From an uncultured cyanobacterium (GTDB lineage: Bacteria; Cyanobacteriota; Cyanobacteriia; Cyanobacteriales; CAWCAG01): 64,000 bases of DNA. Shown here piece by piece: positions 32,342 to 41,970 of the stretch (within the stretch, counting starts at the first letter, position 1; each line of letters begins with the position of its first letter). Where the stretch lies: positions 192,001-256,000 of the forward strand of contig CAWDOD010000004.1 of assembly GCA_963803805.1 (NCBI GenBank), written 5' to 3'. Position numbers and translations under genes: made by a program. Below the pieces are notes generated by a model that worked only from the letters and a program-made list of their open reading frames with translations, was not told the DNA's origin and searched no databases.

Positions 32342-33952
32342 TTAAGAAGATGAGGAAGACTCCAGAGGGTCTAATCGTGCAAAAATAGGCTGGGGTTTAC
32401 TTAGGCTTTGATTGCCTGGGAGCATTCCCCATTGGCTATGTGTGTTAAAAGGAGCAGAACTATTAACAAGAGTTGAGTTATTAAAGTCAAGATCAAAACC
32501 TAGTTGTTTATAAATATCACCACTAAGATTAGGGACAATAGGAGAAAGGAAATAAGCTGCTAGTCTAATTGATTCTAGTACAGAGTACAATAGTTGCTCG
32601 ACTTGCTTTTGTTTTCCTTCTTTGTACAACCTCCAAGGGGCTTGCTCATCAATAAATTTATTACTAGCGCGAATCAATTTAAAGACTTCTTCACAAGCTT
32701 GAGAAAATCCTAAAGATTCATAAGCCTTGACAACGCGATCTCCTAAATCTGCACCCAAAAGTTTTAAAGTATTATCTTGCTCGATTTCTTCGGTAGATAG
32801 AGTTGGTACTTCACTTTGGCAATATTTTTTTGCCATACCTAAAGTACGATTGAGCAAGTTGCCTAAATCATTAGCAAGATCAGCATTGAGAACTTGAACA
32901 AATCGTTCTTCATTGAAGTCCCCATCCTGTCCTAATTCTATTTCTTTTAAAAAATAGTAACGTACCGCATCAGAGCCATATTTATTAATTAAATCTACTG
33001 GATCTATTGTATTACCTAAAGTTTTGCCCATTTTTTGGCCATCTTTAGTAAGAAAGCCATGACCAAAAACTTTTTGGGGGAGAGAAATCTGAGCAGACAT
33101 CAACATAGCAGGCCAATAAACAGCATGAAAGCGTAAAATATCTTTACCAATTAGATGCAAATTAATTGGCCACCAACTAGCTATAGCATTCTCTAAGGTT
33201 GGTTCTAAATCCGGATCAACTAAGGCGCTAATATAACCTAAAAGAGCATCAAACCAAACATAAATTGTCTGCTTAGGGTCACTAGGAAGAGGAAAACCCC
33301 AATCGAGATTAATGCGGGAAATCGAAAAATCTTTTAAACCTTGCTTAACAAAACTAAGGACTTCATTACGACGAGTTGCTGGTTGAATGAAATCCGGCCT
33401 ATCTTGATAAAGTTTTTCTAATTGCTTTTGATATTTAGATAAGCGAAAAAAGTAGTTTTCTTCATCACGCCATTCAGCTTTTTTATTAGTGTGGATAGAA
33501 CAGTAACCATCTTGAGTTAAGTCCTTTTTTTCTTTGAATTCTTCACAAGAAACACAGTACCAACCCTGTTGTTGAGCAAGATAAATGTCTCCATGACTAT
33601 TGACTCGTTCAAAAAACTCTTTAACAATTTTATGGTGATCTTCATTACTAGTGCGAATAAAGCGATCCCATTGAATATTTAATTGATCCCAAAGACTAAT
33701 AAAATTATTGACAACTTGATCACAATGCTTTTGGGGGTCTAACCCCTTAGCTTCTGCTGTCCGTTGAATTTTTTGGCCATGTTCATCTGTCCCTGTAATT
33801 AACAATACAGAATTGCCTTGCAAACGCTCAAAACGTGCTACTACATCAGCAACCATAGTAGTGTAAGCACTACCAATATGAGGGACATCATTGACGTAGT
33901 ATAGCGGCGTAGTTAAAGCAAATTTCTTTTTAATATGATCGTTATTATTCAT
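32342..33952 (-). CDS. metG: Methionine-tRNA ligase
   Basis: TTPLYYVN.PHIGS, GTDEHG, YVWFDAL, GKDILRFH, KMGKT. Confidence 0.98.
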   Translation of the reverse strand: MNNNDHIKKKFALTTPLYYVNDVPHIGSAYTTMVADVVARFERLQGNSVLLITGTDEHGQKIQRTAEAKGLDPQKHCDQVVNNFISLWDQLNIQWDRFIRTSNEDHHKIVKEFFERVNSHGDIYLAQQQGWYCVSCEEFKEKKDLTQDGYCSIHTNKKAEWRDEENYFFRLSKYQKQLEKLYQDRPDFIQPATRRNEVLSFVKQGLKDFSISRINLDWGFPLPSDPKQTIYVWFDALLGYISALVDPDLEPTLENAIASWWPINLHLIGKDILRFHAVYWPAMLMSAQISLPQKVFGHGFLTKDGQKMGKTLGNTIDPVDLINKYGSDAVRYYFLKEIELGQDGDFNEERFVQVLNADLANDLGNLLNRTLGMAKKYCQSEVPTLSTEEIEQDNTLKLLGADLGDRVVKAYESLGFSQACEEVFKLIRASNKFIDEQAPWRLYKEGKQKQVEQLLYSVLESIRLAAYFLSPIVPNLSGDIYKQLGFDLDFNNSTLVNSSAPFNTHSQWGMLPGNQSLSKPQPIFARLDPLESSSSS

Positions 33953-34321
33953 ATAACTATATAAAGTTCCCCCGCTAATTTAAGTATTTTAATAGGGTTG
34001 TGACAATCTATTTTAGTTCTTAGTTTAGCCCCTCAGCTTCTCTGGTCATTGCTGTAGACAAGATAAACTTATAAAAGTCTTAGCTTAGCTTCATAAAGAC
34101 TTAAGGATTTATTAATTATTAATCATGGTGTTATGAAAAATTGAGTATATATACTTTGAAGTTAACAATTAAAGAGACTTTTTGCGATATCATATTGGGT
34201 ATAATGAGGCATTTTCTCTATTCAAATGTATTAATTGATAGAGAAAAATCACTGGTATTAAAATGAGAAATATCAGCAATAAGCAAAGCAAAGTTAACTT
34301 TTCTTAAAATTATTGGAAAAT

Positions 34322-35122
34322 ATGTTTCAAGGTAAAGTAATTCCCCACTTTTTGATTGCTAATAATCATCAGCCAGATTATCCCTTATTTGTTTATTTGC
34401 CAGGCATGGATGGCACAGGAAAGCTATTACGGGGGCAACTAGGAAATTTAACTAAGCGTTTTGATGTACGCTGTCTCGTGATCCCAGGAGATGATGTTAA
34501 TGATTGGGATGTTCTGAGTAACCAAGTAATCAACCTGGTTAAGCAAGAGTTGCAACAAAATCCTCAACGTTCAATTTATCTATGTGGGGAATCTTTTGGA
34601 GGTTGTTTAGCTCTTAAAGTTGCTCTAAGGGAATCTCAACTGTTTGAGAAAATTATTTTAGTTAACTGCGCCTCGTCTTTCTTACAAAAGCCTTTTTTAA
34701 GTTGGGGCATACAACTGGTTCAGTCAATGCCCAAGTTTGTCTATCGGCAGTCTGTGCTTATTTTATTGCCTTTTTTGATTGTTTTCCGTAAAGTCACTTT
34801 CCAAGACCGTCAGAACCTAACAGAGGCGATGAAATCCCTACCACCTCAAACAGTATCTTGGCGACTATCTTTGTTAAGAGACTTCAGAACGAACGTTGAT
34901 AACTTGCGTCTTCTCCAACAACCAATATTACTAGTAGCAGGGGCTGTAGATCAATTGTTACCCTCTGTCAAAGAAGCAGAACATTTGGCTAGCAATCTTC
35001 CTAATGGGCAGGTGATGATACTACCAGAAAGTGGTCATGCTTGTTTATTGGAACAAGGCATTAACCTAGATAAAATTATTGAAGACTGGGAAAAGCAAGA
35101 AAATCTCATAGAATCTAGCTGA
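34322..35122 (+). CDS. Alpha/beta hydrolase
   Basis: YLPGMDGTG, nucleophile GESFGG, D.LLPS, SGHACLLE. Confidence 0.88.
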   Translation: MFQGKVIPHFLIANNHQPDYPLFVYLPGMDGTGKLLRGQLGNLTKRFDVRCLVIPGDDVNDWDVLSNQVINLVKQELQQNPQRSIYLCGESFGGCLALKVALRESQLFEKIILVNCASSFLQKPFLSWGIQLVQSMPKFVYRQSVLILLPFLIVFRKVTFQDRQNLTEAMKSLPPQTVSWRLSLLRDFRTNVDNLRLLQQPILLVAGAVDQLLPSVKEAEHLASNLPNGQVMILPESGHACLLEQGINLDKIIEDWEKQENLIESS

Positions 35123-36134
35123 ATAACTTATCCTCAAAATCTTTATAAACCAGAGACTTTTCACCGAAGATATAATGGGGTGAGATGGCAGTAATATCCC
35201 TGCCGCCAATACTCCTTAAATGCTCTACTGCCGATAACAAAATTGCCTGCCTAACGACAATAGTTACAGCATACCAATTATCTCCTTCACCAGAATAAAC
35301 CTTAGCTACAGTTGGACCACGCAATCCTGTCAAGCCAACTTGTTGTTGATTTTCCACTAAGCGTTTGCCAATTTCATCTGCTGAGTTTCCTTGCACATTC
35401 GCCGTAATTGAAAGATATTTATTCGCTTCCTGTTCAGCTTCAATTAGTTCAAGAATTTGCTTAGTTATCTCTAACTTATGGGGATCTTCTTTTAAAAGTC
35501 TTTTATTAGCAATTAAGCAAGCTTGAGATTCTAGAAGAGTACCGCCAGTTAAGCGTTTAAGATGATTTTCCCTCAAGGTTGTTCCTGTGGAGGTTACATC
35601 AACAATCATGTCGGCATAACCCATGCGAGGCGCAGCTTCCAATGCTCCATGGGCTTCTACCAAAGAAAAATGTACTACCCGTTTTTGATATAACCATTTA
35701 CGGGTCAAATTGGTATATTTAGTGGCAATTCTTAACTCTTTACCCTTTTCTCGGAATAGTAAAGTCAGATCTGCTAAATCTTCAATAGAAGCGACATCAA
35801 TCCAGCTATCAGGAACAGCTAAAACTAACTCGCATTTACCATAACCCAGGCGATCGCTAATTACCACCACATCATCGTGATCTTGTCCTTCTTCGCAAAC
35901 AACATCATAGCCAGTGATGCCTAAATCAGCACTACCTTCTTCTACCTTGCGAAAGATATCTGCGGCTCTTTGGAAAAGTAAAAATATATCTGGTATCGTC
36001 GGAATTTTGCCAACATACTGCCTTTCACTAGGACGGGATACTTTTAAACCAGCAGCCCCAAGGAATTCCCTCGTACCTTTATCTAATGCTCCCTTACTAG
36101 GGAGAGCAATTCTCAAAGAAGAGTTATTTTTCAT
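35115..36134 (-). CDS. hisG: ATP phosphoribosyltransferase, long form with C-terminal regulatory domain
   Basis: IALPSKG, DLGITGYD, LGYGKCEL, IATKY, HGALEAAP, DVTSTGTTLRENHL, then GLRGPTV in the C-terminal domain; ATG at 36134. Confidence 0.93.
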   Translation of the reverse strand: MKNNSSLRIALPSKGALDKGTREFLGAAGLKVSRPSERQYVGKIPTIPDIFLLFQRAADIFRKVEEGSADLGITGYDVVCEEGQDHDDVVVISDRLGYGKCELVLAVPDSWIDVASIEDLADLTLLFREKGKELRIATKYTNLTRKWLYQKRVVHFSLVEAHGALEAAPRMGYADMIVDVTSTGTTLRENHLKRLTGGTLLESQACLIANKRLLKEDPHKLEITKQILELIEAEQEANKYLSITANVQGNSADEIGKRLVENQQQVGLTGLRGPTVAKVYSGEGDNWYAVTIVVRQAILLSAVEHLRSIGGRDITAISPHYIFGEKSLVYKDFEDKLFS

Positions 36135-36152
36135 TTCTCGCTTATCAATGAT

Positions 36153-36176
36153 GCCTAACGGCAAGGGCAAGCCCTA
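36153..36176 (+). repeat. SDR5-like double-hairpin element, copy 3 (followed by CAATGAT STRR to about 36225)
   Basis: GAT^GCCTAACGGCAAGGGCAAGCCCTA^C. Confidence 0.75.
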
Positions 36177-36293
36177 CAATGATCAATGATCATTGATCAA
36201 TGCTCAATAATCAATGCCCAATGATTAACAAACCTATCTACCCTGACCCCTGAGCTTGACTCTTCGTTGCGTAAATCCGATAAACTTATAAAT

Positions 36294-36690
36294 AGGAGGG
36301 AGTTGGTGTAGGTAGTTGCAGTTCTTTCATTGAAGAGATACTGAGGAAAGTCCGGGCTTCCGAAAGACCAAACTTGCTGGATAACTTCCAGTGCGGGCAA
36401 CCGTGAGGATAGTGCCACAGAAAAATACCGCCTTGATCATTGTTCATTGATCATTGAAAGAGGTAAGGGTGCAAAGGTGCGGTAAGAGCGCACCAGCAGC
36501 ATCGAGAGGTGCTGGCTCGGTAAACCCCGGTGGGAAGCAAGGTCGAAGGAACTATGGTTGGTCTTTTACCCGTTCCGTCATATGTGAACCGCTAGAGGTA
36601 TCTGGTAACAGATATCCCAGATAGATAACTACCCTTTTGTTAGGCAACTAAATAAAAGAACAGAACCCGGCTTATGCCCGACTCTCTCCT
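36294..36690 (+). ncRNA. rnpB: RNase P RNA (type A)
   Basis: GAGGAAAGTCCGGGCT, AGTGCCACAGAAA, GGTAAACCCC, GAACAGAACCCGGCTTA; P1 pairing AGGAGGGAGTTGG/CCGACTCTCTCCT. Confidence 0.97.
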
Positions 36691-36947
36691 TCTCAATTCA
36701 AAGGTTAAAGGGCAAGAGTAAGAAGCCTTAAAGTTTGAGATTTAGCGGAAGATAGGATAATTAAGTATTTACACCATATTGCACATCTCCAGCAAAAAGA
36801 CCAAACTGGAAGTAATACTTAGTGGCATATCTTGAAAATTGACTTTGAGAAGTTAAGCTTGAGTTGCCAAACTTGAACTAACCCCAAAACTTAGTAATGG
36901 TTCTTCCATAAATTATTGAGCGTAGTAAGTGCTAGGCAAAGAACTTC

Positions 36948-39900
36948 ATGAGCAAAGAGTTATTAACAACTTCTTCACATACCCTCTTTGAGGCGATCAA
37001 ACAAAATGCGGATTTAACAGCCATCCTCTTAGATAGTATTAGTGCTGTAGTTTTAGTTTTAGATTTGGCAGGACGCATTGTTCACTTTAATCGCTACTGT
37101 GAACAACTGACGGGTTACTCCAAAGCAGAGGTTATTGGAGAGGTGATTTGGGAGAAGTTGGTTGCTCCTATTTCTGTTACTAAAACTCAAGACATTTTGG
37201 CATCGGCGATCGCCCATCAAGAAAAGATTCCCAATCACCAAAGTTTTTGGTTAACTAAACAAGCCCAAACACATCTCATTTCCTGGACTAACTCAACTTG
37301 TTTTAACCCCAAAGGAGAAATAGAATACTTTGTCGCTACCGGAACTGTATTAGAGCCATCTAGCTCTCAACAAAAGCTAGCTGAAATTCACGAGCGCTTT
37401 GGAATTCTAGTTAATACCAACCAAAAACTCCAAGGACAAGTAGAGGATTTGCAACGAAGCGAACGCAAATACAAAGCACTCTTTGCTCAGACTTTTCAGT
37501 CCATCGCCATGATTTCTCCCCAGGGTATTTTACTAGAGGCCAACCAAGTAGCCCTTAATTTTGGCGACCTCAAGTTAGAAGAAATTCAAGGGCAACCCTT
37601 TTGGGAAGTCAGATGGTGGCAAAAATCTCCTGCCAGCCAAGAACAACTTCAAGAAGCGATCACAACTGCTTGCGCTGGTCAATTTGTTCGTTATGAAGTT
37701 GATATTTTAGGTAAGCAAGAACAAATAGTTACTATTGACTTTTCCTTAAAACCTGTTTTCAATTCTCAAGGAAAAGTTGTAGTTATTATTGCTGAAGGGC
37801 GGGATATCAGCAAACTGAAAAAAGCAGAAGCAGCTTTACAGCAGCTTAACCAGCAACTTGACACTAAAGTTAAACGGCGTACTCTACTCCTTAAAAGAAT
37901 GATTGAGAATCTCACTAGTGAGATTGAACAGCGTCGCTGTGCTGAAGCTCAACAACAACGTCTCATTTCTATCCTCGAAGCCTCCACTGATTGCATCAGC
38001 CTGGCTGACTCTCAAGGGCAGCTTTTGTGGAGTAATTCCCAAAGCAGACAAGTTTTAGGAATTACTCCTGATGCGAATCTTTCTGGCTTAGAAATTATCA
38101 GTTTTCATAGTCCACAAGGGGCAAAAATCATTACTGAACTTGGTCTACCTACTGCTATTCGAGATGGTGTTTGGGTGGGTGAAACGGCTTTACGGAATAG
38201 TCAAGGGGAAGAAATTCCCGTTTCTCAAATGATTATTGCCCACAAAAACCATAGGGGTGATGTAGAGTATTTTTCCACCATCAGCCGGGATCTAAGTCCA
38301 CAAAAACAGGTAGAAAGGAATTTAGCATCTAGTTATAATCTCCTGCAAACCATAATTAATTCCACCCCAGATGCCATTTTTGTTAAAGATACTCAAGGGC
38401 GTTATCAGTTTATTAATGAAGCTGGGGCAAAATTTCTCAATTGTACTGTTGCTGAAGTTTTGCAAAAAGATGATACAACCCTTTTACCACCAGAAATATT
38501 AAGTGAAGTTCAAGCCCATGACCAAAGAATAATTGATTCGGGAATCTCTGAAGAATTTGAATACATTTTGCCATTCAATGGTCAAACTCAAATTTTCCTG
38601 AATAGCAAAAGTGTTTACCGAGATGCCCAAGGCAAAGTTTTGGGGTTAGTGGGCTTAGCGAAAAATATCACTGCCCTGAAACAAACCCAGGAAGAGTTAG
38701 AACAAAAAGTCAAGGTAAGAACAGCCGCTTTAGAGGCCGAAATAGAGCAACGCCAGCAAGTAGAACAAACCTTACGCTATAGAAATGCTGAAGTAGCAGC
38801 AATTTTACGTTCCATACCCGATGCTTTAATATTTGCTGATAGAAAACGTCAAATAGTTGAAGTTAATCCTGCTTTTACAAAACTATTTGGCTATAAACCC
38901 TCTGAAGTTATTGGACAGAACACTTCCATACTGTATAGTAGCCAGGAAGATTATCAAGAGCAAGGTAGAAAACATTATAACCTCAATACTAAAGAGCAAC
39001 TTTTACCCTATGAAACAACTTACTGTCGTCAAGATGGTAGTTGCTTAGTTTGCGAAACCGTCGGTTGCAAGGTTGAAGATGATCAGGGAAAGCATTTAGG
39101 CTTTTTAGGGATTGTTCGCGATATCACCATCCGCAAACAAGCTGAATTAGCTTTAAAGGAAAGTGAAGAACGCCTGCGACTATTTATTGCCAATGCTCCC
39201 ATTGCCATCGCTATGTTTGATGCTCAGATGCGCTATTTGGTGACTAGCAAAAATTGGTTAGCTCAATATAACTTAAATGGAGAAGATGTTGTTGGTCGTT
39301 CTCACTACGAAGTTTTCCCGAATATTCCCCAGCGTTGGAAAGACATTCACCAAAGCTGTTTAGCCGGGGCAATAGAAAAATGCGACGAAGACTCTTTTGT
39401 CAGGGCTGATGGCAGCACAGATTGGCTGAGATGGGAAATTCATCCTTGGTGTCAAACTCAAGGGGAAATCGGCGGCATAATCATGTTCACCGAGGTAATT
39501 ACCGAACGGATCAACTCCCGCCACAAATTGCAACAAATTAATCAAGAACTCCTCAACTCTAATAAAGAGTTAGAACAATTTGCTTATGTCGCTTCCCACG
39601 ATTTGCGGGAACCTTTACGTAAAATTCAAAGTTATGTGGAACTCTTAAATGAAAGATATCAAGGCCAATTGGATGAGAAAGCTGATAAATATATTACAAG
39701 CTTAGTTAAAGGAACAACTCGGATGCAAAACCTCATCTCCGACTTGTTAACCTACTCGCGGGTACACAGAACCGAATTATGCCGAGAACCCACAGACTTA
39801 AATAGCATTTTAGAACAAGTTATAGATGATTTAGGAGTTGCGATCGCCGACTCTTCTGCCCAAATCTCTGCTTCTCCCCTGCCCACAGTTTCAGTCCATC

Positions 39901-40229
39901 CTGGACAAATAACGCAAGTGCTACAAAACCTACTTGCTAATGCCATCAAATTTCAGGGGAACGAAATCCCTGTAATTGAAATCAAAGCTCAGCAAGAAGG
40001 GAATGAATGGTTAATTGCGATCACCGACAATGGTGTTGGAATCAAGTCTAGATATACCGAGCAGGTTTTTGAGATTTTTCAAAGACTCCACAGTCGCAGC
40101 AAATATGAAGGCACAGGTATCGGTTTGGCTATCTGCAAAAAAATCATCCAACGTCACGGTGGCAAAATTTGGCTAGAATCTGAACCCGGACAAGGAACAA
40201 CTTTTTATTTCACTCTTCCGGTAAGGTGA
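36948..40229 (+). CDS. Cytoplasmic multi-PAS sensor histidine kinase
   Basis: About six PAS/PAC repeats, several ending in DIT/DIS-type motifs; FAYVASHDLREPLR H-box; FQRLH..GTGIGL. Confidence 0.93.
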   Translation: MSKELLTTSSHTLFEAIKQNADLTAILLDSISAVVLVLDLAGRIVHFNRYCEQLTGYSKAEVIGEVIWEKLVAPISVTKTQDILASAIAHQEKIPNHQSFWLTKQAQTHLISWTNSTCFNPKGEIEYFVATGTVLEPSSSQQKLAEIHERFGILVNTNQKLQGQVEDLQRSERKYKALFAQTFQSIAMISPQGILLEANQVALNFGDLKLEEIQGQPFWEVRWWQKSPASQEQLQEAITTACAGQFVRYEVDILGKQEQIVTIDFSLKPVFNSQGKVVVIIAEGRDISKLKKAEAALQQLNQQLDTKVKRRTLLLKRMIENLTSEIEQRRCAEAQQQRLISILEASTDCISLADSQGQLLWSNSQSRQVLGITPDANLSGLEIISFHSPQGAKIITELGLPTAIRDGVWVGETALRNSQGEEIPVSQMIIAHKNHRGDVEYFSTISRDLSPQKQVERNLASSYNLLQTIINSTPDAIFVKDTQGRYQFINEAGAKFLNCTVAEVLQKDDTTLLPPEILSEVQAHDQRIIDSGISEEFEYILPFNGQTQIFLNSKSVYRDAQGKVLGLVGLAKNITALKQTQEELEQKVKVRTAALEAEIEQRQQVEQTLRYRNAEVAAILRSIPDALIFADRKRQIVEVNPAFTKLFGYKPSEVIGQNTSILYSSQEDYQEQGRKHYNLNTKEQLLPYETTYCRQDGSCLVCETVGCKVEDDQGKHLGFLGIVRDITIRKQAELALKESEERLRLFIANAPIAIAMFDAQMRYLVTSKNWLAQYNLNGEDVVGRSHYEVFPNIPQRWKDIHQSCLAGAIEKCDEDSFVRADGSTDWLRWEIHPWCQTQGEIGGIIMFTEVITERINSRHKLQQINQELLNSNKELEQFAYVASHDLREPLRKIQSYVELLNERYQGQLDEKADKYITSLVKGTTRMQNLISDLLTYSRVHRTELCREPTDLNSILEQVIDDLGVAIADSSAQISASPLPTVSVHPGQITQVLQNLLANAIKFQGNEIPVIEIKAQQEGNEWLIAITDNGVGIKSRYTEQVFEIFQRLHSRSKYEGTGIGLAICKKIIQRHGGKIWLESEPGQGTTFYFTLPVR

Positions 40230-40329
40230 CGCTGCAATCACAACAAGGTAATAGAAAATAGGCAAAGAGTGTAATAGGGTGTTCTTTGTTTATTACTTAT
40301 CACTTATTACTTCCCTGCTTTCCCGAATC

Positions 40330-41424
40330 ATGTTCCAAAATATCTTATTTCCTAATAACTACATTCCCCACGGCCATTGTTATATGTGGCAACCTAGTTT
40401 AGTAGGGCTACACATAATTTCTGACTCACTAATTTTTTTAGCTTATTACTCAATTCCCATAACTTTGTTGTACTTTCTACGTAAACGCAAAGATGTACCT
40501 TTCAGGTTTGTATTTGCCTTATTTGGAATCTTTATTATTGCCTGCGGCACGACTCATCTTATGGCCATTTGGACTCTTTGGTATCCTGCTTATTGGCTCT
40601 CTGGTTTAATTAAACTTATAACAGCACTGGTTTCAGTAGCTACTGCTATCATCATTGTTCCTTTAATTCCCCAAGCCTTAGCCTTACCAAGCCCCGCTCA
40701 ACTAGAAGCGGCTAATCAATCCCTGGCTCATGCTAACGCTGATTTAGCCCAATCTAACCAAGAACTAGAACAATTCGCCTATATTGCTTCCCACGATCTG
40801 CGAGAACCTTTGCGTAAGATCCAGGTATATATAGAACTATTGGCAGAAAAATATCAGGATAAACTAGATAATAAAGCGGATAAATATATAAGCTCTATTC
40901 TCAATTCAACATCTCGAATGCAAAATCTCATCTCAGATTTGCTGCGCTATTCACGGCTGGGGATGACTGATGTAGAACTGGAGCCAGTTCAACTAAATAC
41001 AATTTTAGAGGAAGTTATAGCTGATTTAACCGTTACTATAGAAGAAAATGGCGCTCAAGTTATCTTTGATTCTCTACCTGTTGTTTCTGCTCATCCAGGT
41101 CAAATCTCCCAGCTATTACAAAACTTGATTGCTAATAGCATCAAGTTTAGAAGTGAACTCAATCCTATTATTACCATCAAAACTAAGCATAAAGAAGGGA
41201 AATGGTATATTTCGGTGGCAGATAACGGCATCGGTATTCAACCTCAGCACACCGAGAAAGTTTTTGAAATTTTTCAAAGACTCCACAATCGCAGTAAATA
41301 TCCAGGTACAGGCATCGGTCTAGCAGTGTGTAAAAAAATTGTTGAGCGCCACGGTGAAAAAATTTGGCTGGAGTCTACACCAGGCTACGGTACAACTTTT
41401 TACTTCACCCTTCAATCTGCATAA
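40330..41424 (+). CDS. Ethylene-receptor-like membrane histidine kinase
   Basis: ETR1-type TM motifs SDSLIFLAYYSIP and FIIACGTTHL fused directly to HisKA (ASHDLREPLR) and HATPase. Confidence 0.88.
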   Translation: MFQNILFPNNYIPHGHCYMWQPSLVGLHIISDSLIFLAYYSIPITLLYFLRKRKDVPFRFVFALFGIFIIACGTTHLMAIWTLWYPAYWLSGLIKLITALVSVATAIIIVPLIPQALALPSPAQLEAANQSLAHANADLAQSNQELEQFAYIASHDLREPLRKIQVYIELLAEKYQDKLDNKADKYISSILNSTSRMQNLISDLLRYSRLGMTDVELEPVQLNTILEEVIADLTVTIEENGAQVIFDSLPVVSAHPGQISQLLQNLIANSIKFRSELNPIITIKTKHKEGKWYISVADNGIGIQPQHTEKVFEIFQRLHNRSKYPGTGIGLAVCKKIVERHGEKIWLESTPGYGTTFYFTLQSA

Positions 41425-41473
41425 GATAGTTGTAAAAGTATAAAAATGCACCACACCAGCAACTCAGATAGTT

Positions 41474-41917
41474 ATGCAAATTAAGCCAAGCCAAATGATT
41501 AATGTCCTCCTCATCGAAGATGATCCTGAAGATGTAGATTTAACTGAAGAAGCTCTAGCACAATCTAAAGTAATGGTAAAGCTTAATGTCGTTCACGATG
41601 GCGAAGAAGCCCTTGCCTACCTTAACCAAGAGGGAGAATATGCCCAACAGCAACTACCAGATTTGATTTGGCTTGATCTCAATCTTCCTGGTATGAGCGG
41701 TCAAGAAATCCTGCAAGAAATTCGCCAAAATAAGGCGATTCAGCATATTCCTGTAGTAATTCTTACCACCTCTGATGCAGAAGAAGATGTCCTCAAAAGT
41801 TACCGCTTAGGAGCCAACTGTTATGTCCAAAAACCCGTTGGTATTAGGCAATTTGAGCGAATTCTTAAATCTATTGAAAGCTTTTGGTTTACTATCGTTA
41901 AATTGCCTCCCCATTGA
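41474..41917 (+). CDS. Single-domain response regulator, Rcp1-like
   Basis: LLIEDD, LDLNLP, ILTTS...SY.LGANCYVQKP, FWFTIVKLP tail. Confidence 0.93.
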   Translation: MQIKPSQMINVLLIEDDPEDVDLTEEALAQSKVMVKLNVVHDGEEALAYLNQEGEYAQQQLPDLIWLDLNLPGMSGQEILQEIRQNKAIQHIPVVILTTSDAEEDVLKSYRLGANCYVQKPVGIRQFERILKSIESFWFTIVKLPPH

Positions 41918-41970
41918 CGAGTAAAAAATTAATGAATAACGTAGTAGTATTCACTGTTTAAGTTGCAAGA

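Noticed and set aside
36135..36170. N-terminal extension of HisG (MPLPLGIIDKRE) in the ORF track
   Set aside because: It is read through the inserted double-hairpin repeat; the ATG at 36134 is the more plausible start
36197..36418. 73-aa minus-strand ORF
   Set aside because: Antisense to RNase P RNA and an STRR array; a shadow ORF
36948..39540. LOV or phytochrome photosensor in the multi-PAS kinase
   Set aside because: No NCRFLQ motif (closest is GQNTSILY) and no GAF bilin-binding motif seen
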